Positions 38,075 to 47,099 are shown, counted from the stretch's first letter. The stretch: 51,707 nucleotides of DNA from Saprospiraceae bacterium (GCA_020631635.1 JAHDGW010000001.1:1-51707); one strand, 5' to 3'. Made by a program: numbers and translations. The notes: a model not told the origin generated them from the sequence alone.

Positions 38075-38836
38075 CTAACGATTCAAAAGTTTCTTTCGTT
38101 CTAAAACGAATTCCTTCTCCGATAATATACCCTTTTTACGTAACTCTGATAATCTATTGAGCCTTGCCAACAAAGCGTCATCCTTTACTTCTGGTACTCC
38201 TTTAGGAGCGGAGCCTATTCTGAAGCCGTTCTTTTTAAAATCCTCAAATTCGGGTTGTATTCTAAGATATGCTAGATCATCGTGTTTCAATATTCGATCA
38301 TAATCTTTGAAACCCAATGAAACTGCTTTATCCAAATGGTAAAATATCTTTTCTTTTTGCTCCGTAAGGGAATAAGCACATGCAAGGTTAAAATGTAGTG
38401 CTACATCATCTGGCTGTATCTCTAAGCCTTTTTCAAAATCTTCAATCGCTTCTTCCAGAGCAAATTCTTTATACTTAGCAATACCAGATCTTTTATATGG
38501 GTTTGCTTTATTGATTCTAGAGGGTTTTACAGATTTAGTAGACCTTGCTCTAGTCGGCACAGGCTGGTTTCCTTGTTGTATATACTCTCGATTATATTTT
38601 TGGTCAAATGCACGATCTGACATCGATAGTAGTTTCATACCATCTATAAATCCTATGATTGCGGATATTGGAAATCTCAAGCCTGCACTCATAAACATCA
38701 TCATTAGAAAAAATATACCTTGGCCAGGCTTTCCTAAATAAAACTTATGCGCTCCTACTACCCCACCTACGAATGCAAGCATGGATGCAGCAAGTCTGCT
38801 TCTTTTTTTTCCTCTACGTCTGCTTCTTCTTGACAC
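38075..38836 (-). CDS. TM2 domain membrane protein fused to TPR-like and SHOCT-like regions
   Basis: Basic N-terminus, TM2 pattern (AFVGGVVGAHKFYLGKPGQGIFFL), TPR-like EEAIEDFEKGLEIQPDDVALHFNLACAY, and C-terminal LSELRKKGILSEKEFVLERKKLL (SHOCT-like). Confidence 0.72.
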   Translation of the reverse strand: MSRRSRRRGKKRSRLAASMLAFVGGVVGAHKFYLGKPGQGIFFLMMMFMSAGLRFPISAIIGFIDGMKLLSMSDRAFDQKYNREYIQQGNQPVPTRARSTKSVKPSRINKANPYKRSGIAKYKEFALEEAIEDFEKGLEIQPDDVALHFNLACAYSLTEQKEKIFYHLDKAVSLGFKDYDRILKHDDLAYLRIQPEFEDFKKNGFRIGSAPKGVPEVKDDALLARLNRLSELRKKGILSEKEFVLERKKLLNR

Positions 38837-38838
38837 GA

Positions 38839-40062
38839 CTATTGTACTTTACACGTGATAATGGCAATATCATCAGGATATGCCTCCTCTCCTTTAAAAG
38901 TATCAATTTCTTCTAAAAGTTTCTCATTAAACATATCTACGTCCAACGTATGGTTTTCTTTGACGAACTTCTCTATTCGCTCATCTTCAAAATATTCTTC
39001 CTTTTCATTTCTTAGATCTGCTAGTCCATCTGTAAAACTTAATATCGTTACTGGTCCGTCCAACTTTACTGATCCTTCTTTGATAGAAGGTAGCTTTTCA
39101 AAGGCTCCTATAACCGTACTACCCTCCTTGAGTTTGACGATTTTTCCATCCATCAGCATAATCGGAGGATAATGACCTGCATTGATATAATTCATCTGAC
39201 GCTTCTTGACATCAATCTCTGCTATAAAGAAAGTAATAAACTTATCACTTTGTGTGATACGATAGACCGCTTGATTGAGCGCAAATACAAAAGTCTCCAG
39301 ATCTCGATATTGATATATCAAACTCTGGATCATAGCTTGAAAATTAGCCATAAGCAATGCTGCTGCGACCCCTTTACCTGAGATATCAGCTATACAGAAG
39401 GCAAACTTGTGTTTATCAAATTGTATACAGTCTAGATAGTCACCACCAATATTGAAATGTGGCTTATAGATACTTGACAGTTGATATTTTTCTTCTTTGG
39501 GTAGTGTATCGGGTATGAGCATCGTCTGTACCTCACTGGCCAGTTCGATTTCTCTTTTGAATTTTTCTTGCTCAAGTTGCTTATTGAATAGTCGCTTATT
39601 CTCTATCGCTACGGCAATGATATTGGTAATCGTAGTGATAAATTGGATCTTGTTGTACAGATCCTCCTTATCCTTGATACCTCCAATCACAGAATAAGCA
39701 ATAGGCATACTTTTATGAAAAACAGGAATTATAATATCAAATTGCTGAAGCAACTCTGGATCATCATCCTTGATAGTGTGGAGTCTATTAAACTCAAGAA
39801 GCAATGGAAACAATGTCTTTGTCGTCCGCTTATTGAAATTTATAGCACTAGTACAATACCATTCATCATTCTCTATGACAAATAGAGCCATCTTGTCAAT
39901 ACCCATCTCCCAGCTCAAAAATGAGCGATACATATTGTACAATCCATCTGCCGCTACATTGTCATTGATCGCCTGTGTAATCGTCAGCAGGCTTTTTATT
40001 TGTAACTCTTTGAGATTGAGTTCTTTTTCTAGTTTTTCTAAAAGCTCCATTTCTCTATTCAT
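38839..40062 (-). CDS. GAF-domain-containing PP2C/SpoIIE-family serine/threonine phosphatase
   Basis: The C-terminal half carries GGDYLDC...FCIADISGKGVAAALLMANFQ...NAGHYPP...FTDGL...DDIAII (SpoIIE/PP2C signature). The N-terminal roughly 160 aa look GAF-like. Confidence 0.85.
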   Translation of the reverse strand: MNREMELLEKLEKELNLKELQIKSLLTITQAINDNVAADGLYNMYRSFLSWEMGIDKMALFVIENDEWYCTSAINFNKRTTKTLFPLLLEFNRLHTIKDDDPELLQQFDIIIPVFHKSMPIAYSVIGGIKDKEDLYNKIQFITTITNIIAVAIENKRLFNKQLEQEKFKREIELASEVQTMLIPDTLPKEEKYQLSSIYKPHFNIGGDYLDCIQFDKHKFAFCIADISGKGVAAALLMANFQAMIQSLIYQYRDLETFVFALNQAVYRITQSDKFITFFIAEIDVKKRQMNYINAGHYPPIMLMDGKIVKLKEGSTVIGAFEKLPSIKEGSVKLDGPVTILSFTDGLADLRNEKEEYFEDERIEKFVKENHTLDVDMFNEKLLEEIDTFKGEEAYPDDIAIITCKVQ

Positions 40063-40184
40063 TATAGGATATTGAGATTTACATACATCGACATATAAAA
40101 ATAGAGAATCCTAATGTAAAGACTGTCTATTAATCCACTAAATATTATAATTTATATTAATGTGTTGTTTTTATCGATAAAGTC

Positions 40185-41195
40185 TTAGACCTTTTTTACA
40201 TCAAATCGATCTCTAAGCTGAGTACCGAGTATATTGAACGATAATACTAAGGACATGATCATTAAGGCTGGAAAAAGAGCTAAATATATCTTTCCACTGA
40301 TAGCATAACCATAGTTTTCATTGAGCATATTACCTAGACTTGGTGCCGGAGGTTGTACCCCAAAGCCTAAATAACTCAGTCCTGCTTCTATCAATATCGC
40401 TATTGCAAAATTAGAAGCAGCAACGACCAAAATCGGTCCTGCAATATTGGGTAAAACATGACGAAGAATGGTCCTAGTAGAAGAGTAGGCAAGTGTTTTG
40501 GTGGCTTTTACGTAAGTATTATTTTTTACACTCAATACCTGACCACGTACCAATCTCGCAACATCAACCCACATCGTAAGACCTACGGCGATAAATATAC
40601 TCGACATCCCACGACCAAGAGCTAATACCACTACAAAGACTAATAATAAAGTGGGAATAGACCATACTACATTGACAAAGTACATCACTATACGGTCTAC
40701 CCATCCTCCAAAAAATCCTGCTATTGCTCCTAAACTAATACCGATCAACAGGGATATCAATACGGCCATAAAACCTATGCCCAATGAAATACGGATACCC
40801 AAAATAAGTCTGCTTAGCTGATCTCTACCAAAGCGGTCAGTTCCTAACCAAAAGGTCTTAGTTTCTGTTTCTGGATATCTTGATTGATCAATGATCCGTT
40901 CACGATTCATGGCATTTTGGATGATCCATTGTCCATCCGATGAAGACCGCTCTGTGTATTGTATATATAGTGGACTGTTATCTTCACCACTCCATAATCT
41001 TTCAAGAATGGTAGAGCTGTTCTGCGATTTTTCTACTAAAAATTTACTTTTAAATCCAGGTGATCGCAATGCAATCTCGGTATGTTGATCATTGGCATTT
41101 TTACTACCATCAGGTATAATGGTATACGCAAATACTGCCAAGAGTGAACAGGCAATCAAAAAATATAGGCTTATATAGTAACTCCAAGAGCTCAT
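40185..41195 (-). CDS. ABC transporter permease, OppC/DppC-like, with no partner genes nearby
   Basis: N-terminal TM segment plus an extracytoplasmic segment, then a BPD-transporter core (WLGTDRFGRDQLSRL...YVKATKTLAYSSTRILRHVLPN...). No ATPase, second permease or binding-protein gene is adjacent. Confidence 0.85.
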   Translation of the reverse strand: MSSWSYYISLYFLIACSLLAVFAYTIIPDGSKNANDQHTEIALRSPGFKSKFLVEKSQNSSTILERLWSGEDNSPLYIQYTERSSSDGQWIIQNAMNRERIIDQSRYPETETKTFWLGTDRFGRDQLSRLILGIRISLGIGFMAVLISLLIGISLGAIAGFFGGWVDRIVMYFVNVVWSIPTLLLVFVVVLALGRGMSSIFIAVGLTMWVDVARLVRGQVLSVKNNTYVKATKTLAYSSTRTILRHVLPNIAGPILVVAASNFAIAILIEAGLSYLGFGVQPPAPSLGNMLNENYGYAISGKIYLALFPALMIMSLVLSFNILGTQLRDRFDVKKV

Positions 41196-41198
41196 ATA

Positions 41199-41540
41199 TT
41201 AGGATCGTAGTTTTGGATTATTGATGTGCCTATCTTTATCCCTAATATTCTTCTTATCAAAATTACGCTTCATGATCTCCGTAAGATCATAACCCATCTG
41301 ATTAGCCAGACAAATTACTACGAATAATATATCACCAAGCTCTTCTTGGATAGCCTTATCTGCATTTTCGGCATCTTCTGGTCGCTTAAAAGATTGTTCA
41401 CCATATACACGAGCCATCAGTCTAGCTAACTCTCCTACCTCTTCAGTCAATACTAGTGTATTGGTCGCTTCACTGAAATATTTGACCCCTATGGTCTTGA
41501 TCCAGTGATCTACCTCCTGTTGTAATTGTCGTAATTGCAT
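41199..41540 (-). CDS. MazG-like nucleotide pyrophosphohydrolase
   Basis: 113 aa. LTEEVGELARL...EELGDILFVVICLANQMGYDL is the EExxE/ExxD MazG helix pattern. Confidence 0.85.
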   Translation of the reverse strand: MQLRQLQQEVDHWIKTIGVKYFSEATNTLVLTEEVGELARLMARVYGEQSFKRPEDAENADKAIQEELGDILFVVICLANQMGYDLTEIMKRNFDKKNIRDKDRHINNPKLRS

Positions 41541-41992
41541 TATTCTCTATTCTTACTGTCAATAATGATGGTGACAGGACCATCGTTGAGCAAAGATACT
41601 TTCATATCGCCGCCAAATACGCCGGTCTCTACTGCTAAAGAGCTCTCCGCTTTTAGATGAGATACGAATAGCTCGTAATATTCATTTGCCTTTTCTGCTT
41701 TAGCAGATTGTATAAAGGATGGTCTATTGCCTTTTTTGGTGCTTGCATATAAAGTAAACTGGCTGATCACTAAAAATGAGCCTTTCACATCCATTATACT
41801 CAGGTTCATTTTTCCCTGATCATCTGAGAATATACGCATATTCATCACCTTTCTGACCAACCATTCTATATCCTCCATGGTATCCTCATGGGTAACGGCA
41901 CATAGGATTAAAAAACCACTATTGATGGCTCCTTCCACTTTTCCTTCTACCTTTACATTGGCTTCGGATACTCTTTGTATGACTAGTCTCAT
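41540..41992 (-). CDS. dtd: D-aminoacyl-tRNA deacylase
   Basis: MRLVIQRVSEANVKVEGK...GFLILCAVTHEDT...R.F.D...KMNLS......LVISQFTLYA..KKGNRPSF...F..GVFGGDM.V.L.NDGPVTI is the canonical Dtd pattern. Confidence 0.95.
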   Translation of the reverse strand: MRLVIQRVSEANVKVEGKVEGAINSGFLILCAVTHEDTMEDIEWLVRKVMNMRIFSDDQGKMNLSIMDVKGSFLVISQFTLYASTKKGNRPSFIQSAKAEKANEYYELFVSHLKAESSLAVETGVFGGDMKVSLLNDGPVTIIIDSKNRE

Positions 41993-42013
41993 GGAAATAA
42001 AATTGATTAATAG

Positions 42014-42400
42014 TTATCCACATCAAGATAGAAATACGATGTGAATAAGAGGCCAATATTCCACAACGAAATCAAGCAAGGCGGAAAAGACTGTCAAATC
42101 CGCTTGCGGACGATTTTTTTGAACAAATTTTGATCGTATAAAACTGACTACCCAACAATGAAGCTTACCAAAAGTAATTATGTTAACAGTTTTACACAAT
42201 CCACATTAAATTGTTGATACAACTATATCTCATAGATCTGACCATAATGAACATTGTGAAGAATATATATTGAAATGTGAATACTTGCAATACGTGCTTA
42301 AAGACAATATACTTATCCACGATATTCACTTACTAATAATAATAAACCCTTTTTTAAAAATAGATTATTAATATTTATAGGAAAAGGAAGATGTGGATAA
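42014..42400. other. DnaA-box cluster plus AT-rich tract: candidate chromosomal replication origin (oriC) or another DnaA-titrating locus
   Basis: Perfect TTATCCACA at 42014-42022 (+) and 42392-42400 (TGTGGATAA, -). One-mismatch boxes at 42040-42048 (TGTGAATAA) and 42313-42321 (TTATCCACG). Two-mismatch boxes at 42057-42065, 42197-42205, 42255-42263 and 42276-42284. An AT-rich stretch covers about 42329-42380. The cluster lies in a 457-bp gap where gene orientation flips from - to +. Confidence 0.55.
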
Positions 42401-42423
42401 ACCATTTTTGCCGCTTCCAATTC

Positions 42424-42431
42424 TATATTTG
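42424..42431 (+). promoter_or_regulatory. Candidate -7 promoter box TAtaTTTG for ctaA
   Basis: Exact TAnnTTTG match 18 nt upstream of the ATG at 42450. I found no well-spaced -33 TTG. Confidence 0.35.
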
Positions 42432-42449
42432 AGTAATATATAAGATGAT

Positions 42450-43379
42450 ATGAATACTGTTCAAAAAAATCGTTACGTACGTTATACTTGGTTTTTAATC
42501 GGTGCAGTATTTTTAGTCATTCTTGCCGGCGGTACGGTACGTATGACTCAGAGTGGTATGGGATGTCCTGATTGGCCAAAGTGCTTTGGGATGTGGATAC
42601 CTCCGTTGGATGCATCTGAGTTGCCGGCTGATTATCAATCTTACTTGGATAAACAAGATATCGATCACTCATTCAATGTATATCATACTTGGATCGAGTA
42701 TATCAATAGGCTCTTAGGTGCATTGCTTGGGGTATTTGTTTTTATCTATTTGATATGGAGTTTTGTTATTACGAGACGTACATCACGGAGGGTATTTTTC
42801 ATTACAGCTTTTGTATTATTTGTACTTACTGGGTTTCAAGGTTGGCTAGGTAAGACCGTAGTAGACGCTAATCTGGCGGTGTCAAAAATAACCATACATA
42901 TGCTGGTGGCGATTATATTGGCTGGACTTCCTTTGATTAATATCGCCGCTTTTAGAGAATATAAAGTAAGAGTTAGTGCATGGCTCAGATGGCTACCTCT
43001 AGTTACTATCCTTGTAGTATTACTCCAAGTAGTTTTAGGTACACAAGTAAGAGAAGAGGTTGATATCGTCAGTAAGGCACTATCGTATGATCAGCGAGAG
43101 CTATGGATAGATCGTTTAGGTAATATATTTTCAGTACATCGCAGCTTTTCTTGGTTAGTATTATTGATTACGGGATATGCGGTTTTCAAGTATAGAGGCA
43201 TCAGTGCTCTTTCTAAGTCTATGATCTTAATCATTGTATGTACGATCTTCAATATATTACTTGGTGTCATTATGGCTTACTTAGATATGCCTGCGATTGC
43301 TCAGCCATTACACTTAGTAGGCGCATGTCTTTTAGTAGTCCTCTGGTTGGATTTATTCTTGAGATTGCGAAGTAGTTAA
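42450..43379 (+). CDS. ctaA: Heme A synthase (COX15/CtaA family)
   Basis: GGTVRMTQSGMGCPDWPKCFG, multiple transmembrane helices, and the HR motif (SVHRSFSW), typical of the CtaA/COX15 family. Confidence 0.9.
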   Translation: MNTVQKNRYVRYTWFLIGAVFLVILAGGTVRMTQSGMGCPDWPKCFGMWIPPLDASELPADYQSYLDKQDIDHSFNVYHTWIEYINRLLGALLGVFVFIYLIWSFVITRRTSRRVFFITAFVLFVLTGFQGWLGKTVVDANLAVSKITIHMLVAIILAGLPLINIAAFREYKVRVSAWLRWLPLVTILVVLLQVVLGTQVREEVDIVSKALSYDQRELWIDRLGNIFSVHRSFSWLVLLITGYAVFKYRGISALSKSMILIIVCTIFNILLGVIMAYLDMPAIAQPLHLVGACLLVVLWLDLFLRLRSS

Positions 43380-43438
43380 AGATTTATTGATTTACGTAAT
43401 TCTGTAATGCTTGTATAAAATGGTACTTTTGAGCTAGA

Positions 43439-44209
43439 ATGCAAGGTATGGACAATCTTAAGTCTTACAAGGAGGAGTATCAATATTACGAAAGTGACGG
43501 TACAGGAGAGGTAATTTTGTTGTTACATGGTCTCATGGGTAACCTTAGTAATTTTGATGGTATCATTAATAAATTTGGTAAGCAATACAAGGTGGTTGTT
43601 CCTATGTTGCCTTTGTTGACATGGCCCTTTGATCAATTATCTTTACCCAATCTTGTGGATTTTATTGAGGAATTTATCGAGGATCAGGGATATGAGCGGG
43701 TGCATTTATTGGGTAACTCCTTAGGTGGTCACTTAGCGCAATTATATACGCTCAAGAGACCAGAGCGAGTGAGTTCTGTAATACTTACAGGTAGTTCTGG
43801 TTTATTTGAAAATTCGTTTGGATCTACGTTTCCTAAACGTGGTGATTATGATTTTATCAAACAAAAGGTAGAGAATACCTTTTATGACCCTAAGGTGGCA
43901 ACCAAAGAAATCGTGGATGAAGTATTTGAAACGGTAACCGATCGTGAAAAAGCTTTACGTGTAGTGATCACGGCAAAGTCTGCAGTGAGGCAAAATCTAG
44001 AAGATAAAATCGATAAGATTACAGCACCTACTCTACTCGTATGGGGAAAACAGGACAATGTGACTCCACCATTTGTAGCTGAAAAATTTCATGAATTGAT
44101 CCCGAATTCTACGCTACAATGGGTGGATAAATGCGGACATGCCCCTATGATGGAGCATCCAGAAGTATTTAATAGTCTATTGGAAGAATTTCTAATGGGT
44201 TTAGCTTAG
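43439..44209 (+). CDS. Alpha/beta hydrolase fold protein
   Basis: LLLHGLMG..., nucleophile elbow GNSLGG, and C-terminal CGHAPMMEHPE.F. Confidence 0.85.
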   Translation: MQGMDNLKSYKEEYQYYESDGTGEVILLLHGLMGNLSNFDGIINKFGKQYKVVVPMLPLLTWPFDQLSLPNLVDFIEEFIEDQGYERVHLLGNSLGGHLAQLYTLKRPERVSSVILTGSSGLFENSFGSTFPKRGDYDFIKQKVENTFYDPKVATKEIVDEVFETVTDREKALRVVITAKSAVRQNLEDKIDKITAPTLLVWGKQDNVTPPFVAEKFHELIPNSTLQWVDKCGHAPMMEHPEVFNSLLEEFLMGLA

Positions 44210-44753
44210 CAGATTTCAGGATATCATTGATCTGATGATGATGTCTATTTTGATGATATATCACTACACGTAGCGTATCACCAAGCCTTAGCTTAATCCA
44301 TCTTGATATAGATATGTTACACTTTATTTTAGACAGATTACTGGTCTTAGCCTGATCCAGGATATTCATAATCTGCTTAAGCTGTTGTAGATGTTTGGTT
44401 AATACATCTTTATCAAGCGCAACATGGATAGGATTCATACTCTTAAAAGTATTCTGTTTGGAAGTATCAGGAAGCATCATATTGGCAAAGTAGTTACCAA
44501 GCCAGCCACTTTTATAGACTTCAGCTATGTTGATGGATTTCTGAGTATGTGATAAAACTCTTTGAAACTCCGGGACATAAAAATCTCCGTAACGATTGAG
44601 ATGTTCTATATTTTCCAGTATGGTCCAACGATCTGATGATGATCGATAATTCAATATATCATCTGATATATTCTTAAGCTGATTTACAAATGAAATTTGT
44701 GATTCTATCTGTATGCTTAAATCTTTGATCAGTTCACTTTGTTTAATCTTCAT
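44169..44753 (-). CDS. DinB-family (four-helix bundle, metal-binding) protein
   Basis: W.ILENIEHLNRY... and C-terminal IYHQNRHHHQI resemble the histidine triad of the DinB_2 family. Its 3' end overlaps the convergent hydrolase gene by 41 nt. Confidence 0.65.
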   Translation of the reverse strand: MKIKQSELIKDLSIQIESQISFVNQLKNISDDILNYRSSSDRWTILENIEHLNRYGDFYVPEFQRVLSHTQKSINIAEVYKSGWLGNYFANMMLPDTSKQNTFKSMNPIHVALDKDVLTKHLQQLKQIMNILDQAKTSNLSKIKCNISISRWIKLRLGDTLRVVIYHQNRHHHQINDILKSAKLNPLEILPIDY

Positions 44754-44797
44754 ATATCAAAGTTCTATGCTTTTCGATTAAGAAAGCTTGATTCAAA

Positions 44798-45337
44798 TCA
44801 AGATTTTTGTAGACGTGATAAAGTCTCTGGACTCATTCTAAGATAGGATGCAATATACTTATGCGGGACATATTGAAATAACTGTGGACTCCGCCGTAAC
44901 ACTCTATCCAGTCGATCTTTTGGGTTACTATGAAGTAGATCATTTTCTCGCTCTACCATACTAAGTATTAGAAGTTGAAGGACTTTATTCCAAAGAACTA
45001 AATGATCTTGATCCTGAGATATAAAATAATCAAAGTCAGATTTAGGTATAATTTGTATTTCTGTCTTACGTATAGCCTGGTATATATATTGATTAGCCTG
45101 ATGCCCAAAGAAACTGTCTATTGCAGTAAATAAGGAACCATTGTAAGCAAATCTAATAGATTGAGGCTGATCATTGATCATCATATACATATGTATACAG
45201 CCTTGATTTACGATATAGATATCTTGATTATAGCTACCATCGTAGATCAGGATTTCTCCCCGTTTGAGTACCCTCTTTTTAGTGCTGGGTATCTGATTTG
45301 TTAATTTTGTAATGAGCTGATCTAATGGATTGGTCAT
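44798..45337 (-). CDS. Crp/Fnr family transcriptional regulator
   Basis: cNMP-binding-like N-terminal part (KRGEILIYDGSYNQDIYIVNQGCIHMY) and C-terminal HTH (HKYIASYLRMSPETLSRL). Confidence 0.85.
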   Translation of the reverse strand: MTNPLDQLITKLTNQIPSTKKRVLKRGEILIYDGSYNQDIYIVNQGCIHMYMMINDQPQSIRFAYNGSLFTAIDSFFGHQANQYIYQAIRKTEIQIIPKSDFDYFISQDQDHLVLWNKVLQLLILSMVERENDLLHSNPKDRLDRVLRRSPQLFQYVPHKYIASYLRMSPETLSRLQKS

Positions 45338-45354
45338 GTACAGTAAGATACAGC

Positions 45355-46968
45355 TTACACATCATCTGCCAATATATCAGACATCACATGATATCTAGGA
45401 TCATTTACGTCATGCTCGATATAGTTTTCCCACTCAGGATTAGCTTTGATAAGTAGTGCCTTACATTCAGTACTTAGATGAGATACTTTGATCGATCTAC
45501 CAGAGTCGATGTATTTATTGGCAATATTGCGTAGAGCTTCTATACCAGAATGATCGCTCACTTTAGATTCTATGAAGTCAATCTCTACCTGCTCGGGATC
45601 ATCTTTTACGGTAAATTTAGAGTTGAAATTTTGTACGGATCCAAAAAATAGAGGGCCCCATATCTCATATACTTTAGTACCATCTTCTTTGGTATGTTTA
45701 CGAGCACGTATCATGGTTGCATTTTTCCATGCAAATACTAATGCTGACATAATCACACCAGCAATAACGGCAATGGCGAGATCTTGCCATACGGTAATCA
45801 CCGAGACTGCGATCAATACAATAGCATCAGGTATTGGAATTTTATTGAGTATGCGGAAGCTACTCCAAGCAAATGTACCGATCACTACCATAAACATGAC
45901 CCCGACTAGAGCGGCAATAGGTATCTGCTCTATCAGTGCTGATCCAAAAAGTACAAAACAAAGAAGCGTCACGGAAGCCACTATACCAGATAATCGACCT
46001 CGTCCACCAGAATTTACATTGATAATAGACTGGCCGATCATGGCACATCCTCCCATACCACCGAAAAATCCAGAAATAATATTACCTGCTCCTTGTGCTA
46101 GACACTCTCGATTACCGCTACCACGAGTATCGGTAAGTTCATCTACCAGGTTAAGAGTCATCAAGGACTCTATCAATCCTACGGCTGCCAATAAAAAAGC
46201 CGTCATCAATATTAAAGACCAATGACCTGATATGGTAGGTATCATACTGAATAGCTGACCTTGAAAAATAGGTAATCCGCCTTCTAATCCGCTACCACCA
46301 CCGTCACGTATAAATGAGCCTACCGTGCTCACATCGATATTACCTAAAATAGTCACGGCAGCTACTACTACGATTGCTACTAGAGCTGAGGGTATCTTTG
46401 TTGTCAGTTTAGGTAATAGCCACATGATGAGCATCGTAAGACCTACGAGACCTAGCATGATGTATAGGTCACTTCCGGTCATCCACTGCTGGGTACCGTC
46501 TATTGTTTCTTTAAATAGATTGAGCTGTGCCAGAAAGATAACGATCGCCAATCCATTCACAAAGCCCATCATTACGGGATGCGGTATCAATCTTACGAAT
46601 TTACCTAATCTCAGTAGCCCGCTGAAAATCTGGATCACTCCTACTATCAATAAAGTGATCAATAACCACTGTAATCCGAGATTTGGGATAGCTTCATCTA
46701 AGGCTGCGCCTACGGCATTACCCTCTGATATCATGTGTACCATGACTACTGCCATGGCTCCAGTTGCTCCAGATATCATACCAGGTCGACCACCAAATAC
46801 AGCAGTGATAATACCCATAAAGAATGCTCCGTACAATCCTACTAATGGATCAAGACCTGCCACGAATGCAAATGCAACCGCCTCTGGTACTAGTGCCAGT
46901 GCCACAGTCAATCCTGATAGTATATCGCTTTTTGGATCTTGGGTTAAATTTTTGATGTATTGTATCAT
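45355..46968 (-). CDS. SulP family inorganic anion transporter with STAS domain (second paralog in the window)
   Basis: D.LSGLTVALALVPEAVAFAFVAGL.PLVGLY, AQGAGNIISGFFGGMGGCAMIGQSIINV, and a C-terminal STAS-like region (YEIWGPLFFGS...). Confidence 0.9.
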   Translation of the reverse strand: MIQYIKNLTQDPKSDILSGLTVALALVPEAVAFAFVAGLDPLVGLYGAFFMGIITAVFGGRPGMISGATGAMAVVMVHMISEGNAVGAALDEAIPNLGLQWLLITLLIVGVIQIFSGLLRLGKFVRLIPHPVMMGFVNGLAIVIFLAQLNLFKETIDGTQQWMTGSDLYIMLGLVGLTMLIMWLLPKLTTKIPSALVAIVVVAAVTILGNIDVSTVGSFIRDGGGSGLEGGLPIFQGQLFSMIPTISGHWSLILMTAFLLAAVGLIESLMTLNLVDELTDTRGSGNRECLAQGAGNIISGFFGGMGGCAMIGQSIINVNSGGRGRLSGIVASVTLLCFVLFGSALIEQIPIAALVGVMFMVVIGTFAWSSFRILNKIPIPDAIVLIAVSVITVWQDLAIAVIAGVIMSALVFAWKNATMIRARKHTKEDGTKVYEIWGPLFFGSVQNFNSKFTVKDDPEQVEIDFIESKVSDHSGIEALRNIANKYIDSGRSIKVSHLSTECKALLIKANPEWENYIEHDVNDPRYHVMSDILADDV

Positions 46969-47099
46969 AAACTAAGTATCTCTGCTATAAGGCGGTGAAG
47001 ATATCAAATAGCAATGAACTCAATGGTGTAAGCTATATTATTATTGATTTTAATATATAAAAGCTAAATTGTAGCTCTAATCAATGTGAACAATCTGTT

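Noticed and set aside
37033-40075. + strand ORFs at 37033-37302, 37384-37635, 38511-38741, 38855-39172, 39172-39381, 39497-39697, 39643-39885 and 39770-40075.
   Set aside because: All lie antisense to well-supported - strand genes (BamA-like, CBS, TM2, PP2C).
45572-46975. Two long + strand ORFs (217 aa and 216 aa) at 45572-46225 and 46325-46975.
   Set aside because: They lie antisense to the second SulP transporter, whose motifs are unambiguous. Long antisense ORFs are common opposite membrane-protein genes because of codon bias, and the translations are Ile/Thr/Pro/Ala-rich with no motifs.
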